Positions 46,600-56,382 are shown, numbered from the stretch's first letter. The stretch is 64,000 bases of DNA from an uncultured bacterium (GCA_966243015.1 CBIMES010000001.1:143995-207994); one strand, 5' to 3'. Notes: generated from the sequence alone by a model not told the origin. Made by a program: numbers and translations.

Positions 46600-48066
46600 A
46601 TGGCTTCACTCGAAGAAATACGAAACGCTCGGTTGGCCAAGCTCGATCTTCTCAAGAAGGCAGGCGTTGACCCGTATCCGGCCCGTGTCGACCGCGACAT
46701 GCCGCTTTCGGCCGCTCGCGCCGATTTTGACCGACTCGTGGCCGAGGCAAAGACTTGCGCCATCGCCGGTCGCATCATGATTATTCGCGGCCAGGGCGCG
46801 ATTCTCTTTGTCGTGCTTAACGACGGGAGCGACGAGTTCCAGTGCGTCTTCAAGAAGGACGACATGGACGAGGCCTCGTTCAACCTCTTCGCCGACACGG
46901 CGGACATGGGCGACTTCATCTCGGTCTCCGGAACCTTCTTTGTCACCAAGCGAGGCGAGAAGAGCCTCCTCGTGAAGTCATGGGTCATGGCAACCAAGTC
47001 GCTCCTCCCGCTTCCCGAGAAGTGGAGCGGACTTCAGGACGAGGAGATTAAGTTCCGCAAGCGCTACCTCGATATGCTCACCAACAAGGAGGTACGCGAC
47101 ATGGTCGTGAAGCGATCCGCTTTCTGGCGCGCAACCCGCGATTTCCTTCTCGACAGGGGATTCATGGAGGTTGAGACGCCTGTCTTCGAGAATGTCGCTG
47201 GCGGCGCCGATGCTCGACCGTTCATCACGCATCACAACGCCCTCGATCTCGACGTGTACCTCCGCATCTCGCCGGAGCTCTGGCTCAAGCGACTCATGGT
47301 CGCCGGCTTCCCGAAGGTCTTCGAGATTGGCCGCATCTTCCGCAACGAGGGAATGGACGCCGAGCACCTTCAGGACTACACCCAGATGGAGTTCTATTGG
47401 GCGTTCGAGGATTACACCGCGGGCATGAAGCTCGTCGAGGAGATGTACAAGCACATCGCCCAGAAGACCTTCGGCACGCTCGTCTTCAACATCAAGGGCT
47501 TCGAAGTTGACCTTGGCAAACCATGGGTCGTCTACGATTTTACCGAGACGATTCTCAAGACTACGGGCATCGATGTCTCGAGGGCGAGCTTCGAAGAGGT
47601 CTGTGCGAAGCTCCGCGAGCTTAAGGTTGAGTATGATCCAAAGGGCTTCAACCTCGCCCGCGCGACCGACACGCTCTGGAAGTACTGCCGCAAGAAGATC
47701 TCGGGACCAGGCTTCCTCATCAATGTTCCCGTGTCGCTCGAGCCTCTCGCCAAGCGAAAGCAGGGCAACGCCGACGTTGTCGAGCGCTTCCAGGTCCTCA
47801 TCGCTGGGTCTGAGATGGGCAAGGGTTTCAGCGAGCTCAATGACCCTATCGACCAGGCGGGACGCTTCGCCGACCAGGAGAAGCTCCGCGCCGAGGGCGA
47901 CGAGGAGGCTCAGATGAACGACTCAGAGTTCGTCGAGGCCCTCGAGCACGGCATGCCGCCGACCTGCGGATTCGGATTCTCGGAGCGACTCTTCAGCTTC
48001 CTTATGGACAAGCCTGCCCGTGAGACCCAGCTCTTCCCGCTCATGCGACCGAAGAAGGGGGAGTAG
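46600..48066 (+). CDS. lysS: lysyl-tRNA synthetase (class II)
   Basis: OB-fold N-domain and class II motifs (FMEVETPVF, RIFRNEGMDAEH, GGFGFSERL). Confidence 0.9.
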   Translation: MASLEEIRNARLAKLDLLKKAGVDPYPARVDRDMPLSAARADFDRLVAEAKTCAIAGRIMIIRGQGAILFVVLNDGSDEFQCVFKKDDMDEASFNLFADTADMGDFISVSGTFFVTKRGEKSLLVKSWVMATKSLLPLPEKWSGLQDEEIKFRKRYLDMLTNKEVRDMVVKRSAFWRATRDFLLDRGFMEVETPVFENVAGGADARPFITHHNALDLDVYLRISPELWLKRLMVAGFPKVFEIGRIFRNEGMDAEHLQDYTQMEFYWAFEDYTAGMKLVEEMYKHIAQKTFGTLVFNIKGFEVDLGKPWVVYDFTETILKTTGIDVSRASFEEVCAKLRELKVEYDPKGFNLARATDTLWKYCRKKISGPGFLINVPVSLEPLAKRKQGNADVVERFQVLIAGSEMGKGFSELNDPIDQAGRFADQEKLRAEGDEEAQMNDSEFVEALEHGMPPTCGFGFSERLFSFLMDKPARETQLFPLMRPKKGE

Positions 48067-48091
48067 GGTGTCATTTCAACATAATTCTCCG

Positions 48092-48120
48092 AAAAAGCCG
48101 GCTTTTGCCGGCTTTTTCGC
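48092..48120 (+). terminator. Rho-independent terminator after lysS
   Basis: AAAAAGCCGGC-ttttg-CCGGCTTTTT. Confidence 0.75.
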
Positions 48121-48205
48121 CCTATTGACATTTCTTATAAAACAAGGCTATCTTAGGGAGAGCGTAGTAGATCCTTCAACGAAACAATCAACCCATACCG
48201 ACACA

Positions 48206-48763
48206 ATGAACGTCAGAAGATTCCTCGCGCTTCGGCGCAAGCGGGACAGGGTCATAATCGACCTGTGCCGCACATGGTCAGGGGCCGGTAACAGCCATCC
48301 CATGGAAAGTTACAACGGCCAGCTGCACGACTCAGTGTGGCGGGCCGCGCGAATCACGCTCTCGAGGTTCTGGCTTGGCTCGATCTTCGGCGACGGAATT
48401 AAGTCGCTCTCAAGCATCGGGCGATTCCTGAGCGTCGTGACCTTCATGGAACAGGTCCTCGGCCCGGCAGTCGAATCAAACCCGCGATGGGAGAGTGCCT
48501 CAGACCGACAGGCTGCGGCACGTCGCGTCGCGTTTGTCATGGCGGAAGAGATTCTCGACATGACACGGGCGACGCCTGACGACCTCGACATGGAGAGGAG
48601 GAGAATGGCCCAGGTCCTCATCGATCTGAACGCGTTCGCCCCGATTCCCACCGATGTCCGCGGCTATCTCTCGCGGGAGGCCATCGAGGAGGAGCGCCAT
48701 CGGGCGCGAACCTCGCAGGAGCTTCGAGAAGAGGACGGTCGTTTCAACACGGGCGTAGCCTAA
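48206..48763 (+). CDS. hypothetical protein
   Basis: 185 aa; preceded by TTGACA-N18-TATCTT; start at MNVRRF. Confidence 0.4.
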   Translation: MNVRRFLALRRKRDRVIIDLCRTWSGAGNSHPMESYNGQLHDSVWRAARITLSRFWLGSIFGDGIKSLSSIGRFLSVVTFMEQVLGPAVESNPRWESASDRQAAARRVAFVMAEEILDMTRATPDDLDMERRRMAQVLIDLNAFAPIPTDVRGYLSREAIEEERHRARTSQELREEDGRFNTGVA

Positions 48764-48774
48764 TGCGGCACTTC

Positions 48775-48808
48775 GGCGCCGTTTCCGCAAGGAAACGGCG
48801 CCTTTTAC
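48775..48808 (+). terminator. Rho-independent terminator
   Basis: GGCGCCGTTTCC-gcaa-GGAAACGGCGCC followed by TTTTAC. Confidence 0.7.
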
Positions 48809-48890
48809 TAAAACAAGGAGCGAGGCGACTGTGCTTTAGTTATCCCCCGGGATTTTCTTTCTTAAAAATATCTTTATGTATAGGCGTACT

Positions 48891-48922
48891 AAACGGCTCA
48901 CTCCACTGAGCCGTTCTTTTTT
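48891..48922 (+). terminator. second Rho-independent terminator ~85 nt downstream of the first
   Basis: AACGGCTCA-ctcca-CTGAGCCGTT followed by CTTTTTTG. Confidence 0.65.
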
Positions 48923-48931
48923 GTCAGAACG

Positions 48932-49026
48932 TGTGGTGTCGTGATAAACGGTTGTAAAAATGTGGATAAAAATGTTTGATTGTGGGAACGGGTGTTATAA
49001 AATGTTATGTAAGTGGGAAGAAGTGG
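48932..49026 (+). promoter_or_regulatory. array of five phased (T)GTGG(G) boxes; candidate MraZ operator and dcw promoter
   Basis: GTGG begins at 48933, 48962, 48982, 49013 and 49023; the spacings 29/20/31/10 nt are multiples of about one helical turn; directly upstream of mraZ. Confidence 0.5.
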
Positions 49027-49054
49027 TAAATCAAATTTTCCCGCGAGAACAGCA

Positions 49055-49489
49055 ATGCTTATCGGAGAGTACACACACTCCATAGACGACAAGAACCGAA
49101 TCTCTCTCCCGGCGAAATTCAGGGAGAAGATGGGGAAGAAGGTGGTTGTGACTCCTGGTCTCGATCACTGTCTTTTCGTGTTCACACCGAAGGAGTGGGA
49201 GAAGATCTCCGAGAAGCTGTCTGAGGCATCGATCGGACAGTCTGACAGCCGAAGCTTCAGCCGATTCATGTTCGGAGGCGCCGTCGAGGCGGACATCGAC
49301 TCGATTGGGCGCATCCTGATCCCGGAGTTTCTCCAGGGCTGGGCTTCCCTCAAGGGCAAGGTTGCCGTTGTCGGAGTCCAGTCCCGCGTCGAGCTCTGGA
49401 ACGACAAGGCATGGGCGGCGTACAAGAAGGGCGTCGAGGGCAAGGCGGGAGCCCTCGCCGAGAAGCTCGGCCAGGTTGGAGTCATCTAA
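49055..49489 (+). CDS. mraZ: transcriptional regulator MraZ
   Basis: Duplicated SpoVT/AbrB-like halves with DxxxR motifs (SIDDKNRISLP and ADIDSIGRILIP); start at MLIGEY. Confidence 0.85.
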   Translation: MLIGEYTHSIDDKNRISLPAKFREKMGKKVVVTPGLDHCLFVFTPKEWEKISEKLSEASIGQSDSRSFSRFMFGGAVEADIDSIGRILIPEFLQGWASLKGKVAVVGVQSRVELWNDKAWAAYKKGVEGKAGALAEKLGQVGVI

Positions 49490-49495
49490 TCGGCA

Positions 49496-50395
49496 ATGCA
49501 CGAATCAGTCCTTTTACACGAGACAGTGGGGGCTCTGGAGCTTGCTCCGGGCGATGTGGTGGTGGACGGCACGCTGGGCCGCGCGGGACACCTTCTCGAG
49601 GCGCTCAAACGACAGCCAGACATCTTCGTCATCGGCATCGACCGAGACGAGCAGGCAATCGAGGAATCGACCGCCAAGCTCGCCAAGGTCACCTCGCGCT
49701 TCAAGATCTTTCTCGGCAACTTCCGCGACATGGACAAGTTCATCGCGGAGGCGGCGGCCGAGACAGGCAGGACGCAGGCGAACAAGATCATCCTCGACCT
49801 CGGCATATCGTCGCCGCACCTTGATTCTTCAGGACGGGGCTTCAGCTTCCAGAAGGACGAGCCACTCCTCATGACCATGAAGCGAGACATCGACGAGACG
49901 GTCTTCACCGCCCGCGATATCGTCAACGGCTGGGAAGAGGAGGACATCGCGAACGTGCTCTACGCCTACGGCGACGAGCGCTTCGCCCGAAGGATCGCCA
50001 GGGCGATCGTCGAGGCCCGCGAGGTCGAGCCGATCGAGACCACCTTCCAGCTGGTCGAGATCATCAAGGGATCGGTGCCCGGCTTCTATCGAAAGGGCAG
50101 AATCCATCCGGCGACTCGCAGCTTCCAGGCCCTCCGCATCGCGGTGAACGACGAGCTGGGCAGCGTGAAGCAGGGGCTTGCCACGGGGCTCTCCTCGCTT
50201 GCGCCCGGCGGAAGGGTGGCGGTCATATCCTTCCACAGCCTCGAGGACAAGATCGTGAAGGAGTTCATGAGGGAGGCCGAGGCTCAGGGAAAGGGTAGGT
50301 CACTCACAAAGAAGCCGATAGTGCCGTCAGACGAGGAGGTGAAAAGGAATCCGCGTTCTCGCAGCTCGAAATTGAGGGTTTTTATAAAAAATTAG
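49496..50395 (+). CDS. rsmH: 16S rRNA (cytosine1402-N4)-methyltransferase RsmH
   Basis: VVDGTLGRAGH SAM-binding motif and RIHPATRSFQALRIAVNDEL. Confidence 0.9.
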   Translation: MHESVLLHETVGALELAPGDVVVDGTLGRAGHLLEALKRQPDIFVIGIDRDEQAIEESTAKLAKVTSRFKIFLGNFRDMDKFIAEAAAETGRTQANKIILDLGISSPHLDSSGRGFSFQKDEPLLMTMKRDIDETVFTARDIVNGWEEEDIANVLYAYGDERFARRIARAIVEAREVEPIETTFQLVEIIKGSVPGFYRKGRIHPATRSFQALRIAVNDELGSVKQGLATGLSSLAPGGRVAVISFHSLEDKIVKEFMREAEAQGKGRSLTKKPIVPSDEEVKRNPRSRSSKLRVFIKN

Positions 50396-50413
50396 AAATA
50401 ACTTTAGAAACAC

Positions 50414-50731
50414 ATGACACAGTACGTACAGGAGAAGGTCGCATACATGGAGAGGCCGGTGACCGCCTGGGCCCTCGCCGGCATGATCGCCGCCCTCGTT
50501 CTCTCGTACGCGTACTTCGTCAACGCCGCGATCGTGAACATCGTGGCGACCAAGGACATGCAGGTTCAGATTTCCGAGCTCACCTCTGAGGTCGGTAACC
50601 TCGAGGCGGAGTATCTTGCCGCGAAGTCGGCCCTCACCCTCGATGAGGCCCGCTCGCTCGGATTCGTCTCGTCGACCTCGGACGCGTCGTACATCACCAA
50701 GACGTCCTTCTCGCTCTCGTTTAACCGCTAA
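50414..50731 (+). CDS. ftsL: FtsL-like cell division protein
   Basis: 105 aa with one TM helix plus a coiled coil; position between rsmH and ftsI. Confidence 0.5.
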   Translation: MTQYVQEKVAYMERPVTAWALAGMIAALVLSYAYFVNAAIVNIVATKDMQVQISELTSEVGNLEAEYLAAKSALTLDEARSLGFVSSTSDASYITKTSFSLSFNR

Positions 50732-50746
50732 CCCCTCCTGACGGTC

Positions 50747-52465
50747 ATGCGCACCATCAGGACCGGAAGGCTGACGCTTATGGGCACGCTCGTGTGCCTT
50801 TTTGCGTTGTTCATGTTCTCGCGCCTGTACTACCTGCAGGTGATGCGTAACCAGGACTTTCTCGACCAGGCCGACCGTCAGTACGTGAGCAAGGGTCAGA
50901 GCGTCTTCAACCGCGGCACGATTTTCTTCAGCCCACGCAAGGGTGACCCGATTTCCGCTGCCACGCTTCGCAGCGGCTATCTTATCGCCATCAACCCCAA
51001 GCAGGTCGAGCATCCCGAGGATGTGTTCAACGCCCTTTCGGGCATCGTGAAAGTAGATGAGACGAGCCTTCTGTCTCAGCTCGCCCGCGTGAACGACACG
51101 TACCGCGAGATCGCGCGCCGCGTCGACGAGGACGCCAAGAAGCGCATTGAGGCGCTTCAGTTCAAGGGTGTAAACGCCTATACCGAGCGCTGGCGATCGT
51201 ACCCGGGCGGCACGCTCGCCTCGAACGTGCTCGGATTCGTCGGCTACGGCGAGGACGGCAAGACCCTTGAGGGCCGCTACGGCCTCGAGAGGTACTATGA
51301 CGACGTGCTCTCGCGCAACTCGTCAGGCATCTACGTTAACTTCTTCGCCGCCATCTTCTCGGGCATCGGCGACGCTGTTTTCTCGGACGAGAAAAGCGAG
51401 GGGAACATCGTCACCACCATCGAGCCGTCCGTGCAGGGTGAGCTCGAGGCGCGCATCGCCGCGGTGCAGAAGGCGTGGGGCTCTGACCTGACCGGAGGCA
51501 TCGTCATGGATCCGTCGACGGGCGAGATCTATGCCATGGCAGTCTCCTCGAACTTCGACCCGAACGACTTCTCGAAGGTAAAGAGCGCGAGCGTGTTCGG
51601 TAACCCGATCGTCGATCGCGTGTACGAGATGGGTTCGATCGTGAAGCCTTTGGCGATGGCCGCGGCGCTCGATGCAAACGCCGTTACTCCTGACACGACC
51701 TATAACGACAAGGGAACGCTGGTCATCAACGGCTCGCGCATCTCAAACTTCGACGGCAAGGCTCGAGGCGAGACGAACATGCAGGGCGTGCTCAACGAGT
51801 CGCTCAACGTGGGCATGGCCTTCGTCACCCAGAGGCTGGGTAACGAGAAGCTCGCTGAGTACTTCAGGAATCTCGGCTTCGGCAAGGAAACCGGCATCGA
51901 CCTGCCGGGCGAGGTTCATGGCCTGGTCTCGAATCTTGAAAGCCCGCGCGACATCGAGCACGTGACGGCCTCGTACGGACAGGGAATCGCGCTCACGCCG
52001 ATCGCCACGGTGCGCGCGCTCTCTGCCCTTGGCAACGGCGGTTACCTTCCGGAGCCCCATATCGTGAAGCGCATCGAGTACACCTCGGGACTGCGCAAGA
52101 CGATTGCCTATGACGGCTCGGAGAATAGGGTATACAAGCCGGAGACCTCCGAGGAGATCACGAGGATGCTCGTGAACGTCGTGGACAAGGCTCTTCTCGG
52201 CGGAACGGTCAAAATGGAGCGCTATTCAATCGCCGCAAAGACGGGAACTGCGCAGATGGCGTCCGAGACCGGAAAAGGGTATTATACGGACCGATATTTG
52301 CACTCGTTCTTCGGTTATTTCCCCGCATACAAGCCCCGCTTTATTGTCTTCCTCTTCACGGTATACCCAAAGGGGGCCCAGTACGCATCGCACACCCTGA
52401 CTGTCCCGTTCATGGACATGACTAAATTCCTTATCAACTATTACGAGGTTCCGCCCGACAGATAA
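50747..52465 (+). CDS. ftsI: penicillin-binding protein (FtsI/PBP3-type transpeptidase)
   Basis: SxxK (GSIVKP), SxN (SLNVGM) and KTG (KTGTAQ) motifs; dcw context. Confidence 0.8.
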   Translation: MRTIRTGRLTLMGTLVCLFALFMFSRLYYLQVMRNQDFLDQADRQYVSKGQSVFNRGTIFFSPRKGDPISAATLRSGYLIAINPKQVEHPEDVFNALSGIVKVDETSLLSQLARVNDTYREIARRVDEDAKKRIEALQFKGVNAYTERWRSYPGGTLASNVLGFVGYGEDGKTLEGRYGLERYYDDVLSRNSSGIYVNFFAAIFSGIGDAVFSDEKSEGNIVTTIEPSVQGELEARIAAVQKAWGSDLTGGIVMDPSTGEIYAMAVSSNFDPNDFSKVKSASVFGNPIVDRVYEMGSIVKPLAMAAALDANAVTPDTTYNDKGTLVINGSRISNFDGKARGETNMQGVLNESLNVGMAFVTQRLGNEKLAEYFRNLGFGKETGIDLPGEVHGLVSNLESPRDIEHVTASYGQGIALTPIATVRALSALGNGGYLPEPHIVKRIEYTSGLRKTIAYDGSENRVYKPETSEEITRMLVNVVDKALLGGTVKMERYSIAAKTGTAQMASETGKGYYTDRYLHSFFGYFPAYKPRFIVFLFTVYPKGAQYASHTLTVPFMDMTKFLINYYEVPPDR

Positions 52466-52477
52466 TCACTTCCGCGT

Positions 52478-53797
52478 ATGACGTTCATCAAGAATAAGCT
52501 CAAGACCGTCGTTGTCGCGCTTCTCACCGCAGAGGCGCGCCTTGCGTTGCGCCTCCGTCAGCCAAAGATCGTGGCCGTGACGGGTAACGTCGGCAAGACC
52601 TCGACCAAGGACGCAATCTTTGCCGTGCTCGACAGGTCTCTTTCCGTGCGCAAGAGCGAGAAGAGCTTCAACAGCGAGATTGGACTTCCTCTCGCCATCC
52701 TCGGCCTCGACAATGCCTGGTCTTCGCTCGGCGGCTGGGTCAAGAATCTGTGGGACGGTCTTCTCATCGCCCTCGGTGTCGGTCACGAGGGTCGCAATTT
52801 TCCCGAGTGGCTCGTGCTCGAGGTCGGCGCCGACCATCCGGGCGACATCGAGAGGGTGTCCGCCTGGCTTCACCCGGACATCGTCGTGCTGACGCGCATG
52901 TCTGACGTCCCTGTGCACGTCGAGTTCTTCGCGGGCCCCGAGGCGGTGCTCGCCGAGAAGATGTTCCTCGCCAAGGCACTCAAGCCTGGCGGGACGCTCG
53001 TGGTGAACGCGGATGATAAGCTGTTCATGAATGCCGTGCGAGACCTCGACGTGGCCAAGGTGCTGTACGGCGAGGGCAAAGGCGCCTCGTCTCGCATCCT
53101 CGAGTCGGAGGTTGTATACGACGGCTCGGCGCTCTTCCTGCCGCGCGGCCAGTATGCGCTCATTGGCTCGGACAAGTCCGCCGCCGATCACGTGGAGGTT
53201 CTCGGCGTGCTCGGCAAGCATTTGATGTACCCGCTCGCCGCCGCCCATGCCGTTGCCGGAATCCTCGGCGTGCGTGGTGACTTCTCGAATGCTTTTTTAG
53301 ATCTTGAGACCCCGCGGGGCAGGATGCGCGTGCTCGAGGGCAAGTCACAGTCCGTCGTTATCGACGACTCGTACAATGCCTCGCCGATTGCCGTCACTGA
53401 GGCTCTCAAGACTCTGGGCGCCCTTGCCACGCGTGGTCGCAAGATCGCGGTTCTTGGAGACATGAAGGAGCTCGGCGAGCTTTCCGACAAGGCGCACAAG
53501 GACGTGGGCGGCGTCGCCGGCCAGACCGTCCACACGCTTGTGACGGTGGGCGAGAGGGGCTCAATGTACGCTACGGGCGCTCGCTATGCGGGTCTTGCTG
53601 CCGACCGCATCCTCTCGTTTGACGATTCTGTCGCGGCGGGCGAGTACCTCTCGAGCATTGTCCGCGCGGGCGACGTCGTGCTCGTGAAGGGCTCTCAGTC
53701 CATGCGCATGGAGCGTGTCTCAAAGGCCCTCCTTGCCGATCAGTCGAAGGCAATTGACGTCCTGGTCAGGCAGGAGTCTGAGTGGGAGAGGCGCTAG
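52478..53797 (+). CDS. murF: UDP-N-acetylmuramoyl-tripeptide--D-alanyl-D-alanine ligase
   Basis: P-loop VTGNVGKTSTKD and the MurF-type DDSYNASP motif. Confidence 0.75.
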   Translation: MTFIKNKLKTVVVALLTAEARLALRLRQPKIVAVTGNVGKTSTKDAIFAVLDRSLSVRKSEKSFNSEIGLPLAILGLDNAWSSLGGWVKNLWDGLLIALGVGHEGRNFPEWLVLEVGADHPGDIERVSAWLHPDIVVLTRMSDVPVHVEFFAGPEAVLAEKMFLAKALKPGGTLVVNADDKLFMNAVRDLDVAKVLYGEGKGASSRILESEVVYDGSALFLPRGQYALIGSDKSAADHVEVLGVLGKHLMYPLAAAHAVAGILGVRGDFSNAFLDLETPRGRMRVLEGKSQSVVIDDSYNASPIAVTEALKTLGALATRGRKIAVLGDMKELGELSDKAHKDVGGVAGQTVHTLVTVGERGSMYATGARYAGLAADRILSFDDSVAAGEYLSSIVRAGDVVLVKGSQSMRMERVSKALLADQSKAIDVLVRQESEWERR

Positions 53798-53912
53798 TCT
53801 CGCCCTGCGTTTGACGCCACTTCGTCGCGGCTGTTTACAGAATGTTGTCTCGGTGGTAGTTTGCAGATGAATCTGATCGTCTGAAACCACAACTACACAG
53901 GAGAAACACACC

Positions 53913-54518
53913 ATGAGAGAATCCGGTCTCGGATCATTATCCCCCGATGCGAACAGCATCTTTGAGTCAGCGGTCTCGGCATATAGAAGCGATCTGGACA
54001 GAGAACGCGTCAATCGAGAGGAGTCTCAGAGAAGGCGCCAGGAGTATGATGCCAAGCTCCAGGCCCTGCCTCGTGCCATCGACAGGCTTCGAGCCTCGAT
54101 TCCTCGTTTCGACGAGTATCTCAGGGGCGGCAGGGAGCAGGAGATCGTCGTTCGGCTCGAGGATGACGCGGATCTCGCGCTCACCGCGTGCAAAAAGCGC
54201 GAAGACATCGTGAAGAGGGGAACCGTCCTCGCCTCGTATTCCCCCGAAGGTCTGCGGAGCGACGTCGATAACTGGGAGTCATTCTCGGTGGCGCTCTTTG
54301 ACGGGACCTGCGCAGTCGTTGTCCGTAGGCTTCTGAAGATTCACGGGGTCTACTTGGTCCTGCCGAAGGACAGAATGCCCGACGGTGCGCAGAGGTCTAT
54401 CGACCGCTTCGTCGACCTTGTCCTGGCCTGCGTCGATGGCTCTGGTGCGGTCGTGGAGGGCGCTGCGCTTGACCTGTTCCGCGATCTCTTCACCCACCGT
54501 TCCCCATGCGATTCCTGA
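53913..54518 (+). CDS. hypothetical protein
   Basis: 201 aa; GGAG RBS upstream; terminated by a strong hairpin. Confidence 0.4.
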   Translation: MRESGLGSLSPDANSIFESAVSAYRSDLDRERVNREESQRRRQEYDAKLQALPRAIDRLRASIPRFDEYLRGGREQEIVVRLEDDADLALTACKKREDIVKRGTVLASYSPEGLRSDVDNWESFSVALFDGTCAVVVRRLLKIHGVYLVLPKDRMPDGAQRSIDRFVDLVLACVDGSGAVVEGAALDLFRDLFTHRSPCDS

Positions 54519-54533
54519 GACATTGTCCCGCGA

Positions 54534-54562
54534 GCCGCCCTCAACCGAGGGCGGCTTTTTCG
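54534..54562 (+). terminator. Rho-independent terminator
   Basis: AGCCGCCCTC-aacc-GAGGGCGGCT followed by TTTTT. Confidence 0.75.
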
Positions 54563-54663
54563 TGGAAAGTTTGTGGCTGCGTGGTTCGTATCTTTACTGT
54601 GGCACACGCGGAATGGTTTCGGGCGCGGCACTGACGTTTATCCGTAATTTACGCAAAACGCAT

Positions 54664-54849
54664 ATGAACAGATACGGACCAAAGGCCCAAAAGAAAATAA
54701 CCAAGGTTATGCACGAGTGGAAGCGTGGCGACCTGAAGAGTGGCAGGGGCGGAAAGAGAGTCACGAGTCGCAGGCAGGCCGTCGCCATCGGTATATCGGA
54801 GGCGCGCAAGGCGGGAGGGAAGGTGCCGAATAGGACGAGGTCTTCATAG
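54664..54849 (+). CDS. small basic conserved-looking protein (61 aa)
   Basis: MNRYGPKAQKKITKVMHEWKRGDLKSGRGGKRVTSRRQAVAIGISEARKAG; Lys/Arg-rich. Confidence 0.4.
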   Translation: MNRYGPKAQKKITKVMHEWKRGDLKSGRGGKRVTSRRQAVAIGISEARKAGGKVPNRTRSS

Positions 54850-54883
54850 AAAAAAGCCGCACCCGAAGGTGCGGCTTTGCTAT
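54850..54883. terminator. bidirectional Rho-independent terminator
   Basis: AAAAAAGCCGCACC-cgaa-GGTGCGGCTTTGC between convergent genes. Confidence 0.75.
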
Positions 54884-54901
54884 GGGCCTGCTGCCTGAAT
54901 T

Positions 54902-55780
54902 TCACGACTGCCTGACGGGCGTCCACTTGCCCGAGCGCGATTCGCGCTCGAAGATGCGGATATACGAGTTGGTCTTCTCCGACCTGATGCTCGCGCGCAG
55001 GAGTTCCTGCGCCTCGGCGAGTTCGGGAAAGACCGTCGCGTCTAGTTCCATGCTGAGGAAGCGGTAAAGGTCTGGACCAACCTTAAACTGCGTCTTCTCG
55101 ACCAGAAGCTGTCGGGTGAGCTCATAAAGCGGTCTTACGGCCTCGTCGAGCGCCTTTTGGCCTTGGAATCGGTCGAAGAACTGGCTGACCAGACCCTTGG
55201 CCCGCTGGGCGTTGTCGCCCTGGATGAGGGTGATGTGATTCACCATCGCCACGACGCGACGCAGTCCGTCGGCGCTCGTGAAGGTCACCTGCGTGTTGAG
55301 CTTTCCGTCGGGGCCGACGAGTCGCGTGAAGACGTGTCGGGTGACATAGTCCTCGCGCTTTCTCGACGCTTGGACGGCGCTCTCGTTGAGGCTGAAGACG
55401 GTGCTGACGATCTCGTCGATGGCGCGCTCGCGGCTGGCGATCTCGGCCGAGGCGACGGCGAGCTGGGTGGTGAGCTCGTTGAGCTCGGCTTGCGCCGTCG
55501 CCATCTTTTCCCGAGAGCTGTCGCGACGCCGGGTGTGCCTCACATCGGGATCGTCAATCCAGTTGAGAATTTCATCTCGGAGCTTGGTGTCTTTTTTCGT
55601 CCCGCGATGTTTGGCGTCTGTCACGGCGAATTTTTTTACATTGCTCTTGAATGCCCGGTGTCCTTTGTTCCAGCGTCGGCGCGCGTCGCCTTCTTCCTTT
55701 ATGAGTTTGGTGATTTCCGCCTGCTTTGCCTTGATCTTTGCCTGCAGTCTTTTGATGTCGGTTTTAGTTGCGGTGGCCAT
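54902..55780 (-). CDS. hypothetical coiled-coil protein
   Basis: 292 aa; a Lys-rich N-terminal coiled coil and a C-terminal globular half; no recognisable motif. Confidence 0.4.
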   Translation of the reverse strand: MATATKTDIKRLQAKIKAKQAEITKLIKEEGDARRRWNKGHRAFKSNVKKFAVTDAKHRGTKKDTKLRDEILNWIDDPDVRHTRRRDSSREKMATAQAELNELTTQLAVASAEIASRERAIDEIVSTVFSLNESAVQASRKREDYVTRHVFTRLVGPDGKLNTQVTFTSADGLRRVVAMVNHITLIQGDNAQRAKGLVSQFFDRFQGQKALDEAVRPLYELTRQLLVEKTQFKVGPDLYRFLSMELDATVFPELAEAQELLRASIRSEKTNSYIRIFERESRSGKWTPVRQS

Positions 55781-55944
55781 TGCTATCGATGTGCTTTCCG
55801 TTGGGCGACTTCCCGTCGCGGTTGGGGAGGGCCTCGTGGCCCGTGTCTGGGGAAGACCTTACCATATCAGATAAGGTTTGGGCAAACAGGTCAAGGCTTC
55901 CGCTGATTGCCGCGGGCAGGTATCCTGTATGCCAGTCTATGAAC

Positions 55945-56376
55945 ATTCATTATGAACGCGACAGGGTCGCTGAGGCACTGGAAACCCCAGAGGGAATAGA
56001 GCGTGTCGAGAGGCTGTTTCTCGACGTCGACGGCGTCGTGGGCTTTGCCTTCGACCCCATGACGGGCGACCACGAGCTGAGCGTTAGGGGAGACCCTCAC
56101 GACTCGGCGAGGCTCAACCTGTTCTGTAGGATGCGGGAACGGCTGACGTCCGAGGATTACGAGCGCGCCGAGCGAGCTATCGTCATCGGCAGGGCGGTTC
56201 ATCTGCCTGGCCTCGAGCACCCGCTCGTGCTTCTCATCCTCAAGGAGAAAGATTCGCTTGAGTTCTTCGAGGGTCAGGTGTTCCGTCTCGGCATCGCCAT
56301 TCCGGTGGGGTCGAGCTTCAGAAGAGCCGGCAAGCACGATGTTGCCTCGGTTGCGGCCAACGGCGGCTTCCGATAA
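55945..56376 (+). CDS. hypothetical protein
   Basis: 143 aa; divergent from the preceding gene with a ~160-nt shared intergenic region. Confidence 0.35.
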   Translation: MHYERDRVAEALETPEGIERVERLFLDVDGVVGFAFDPMTGDHELSVRGDPHDSARLNLFCRMRERLTSEDYERAERAIVIGRAVHLPGLEHPLVLLILKEKDSLEFFEGQVFRLGIAIPVGSSFRRAGKHDVASVAANGGFR

Positions 56377-56382
56377 AAACAC

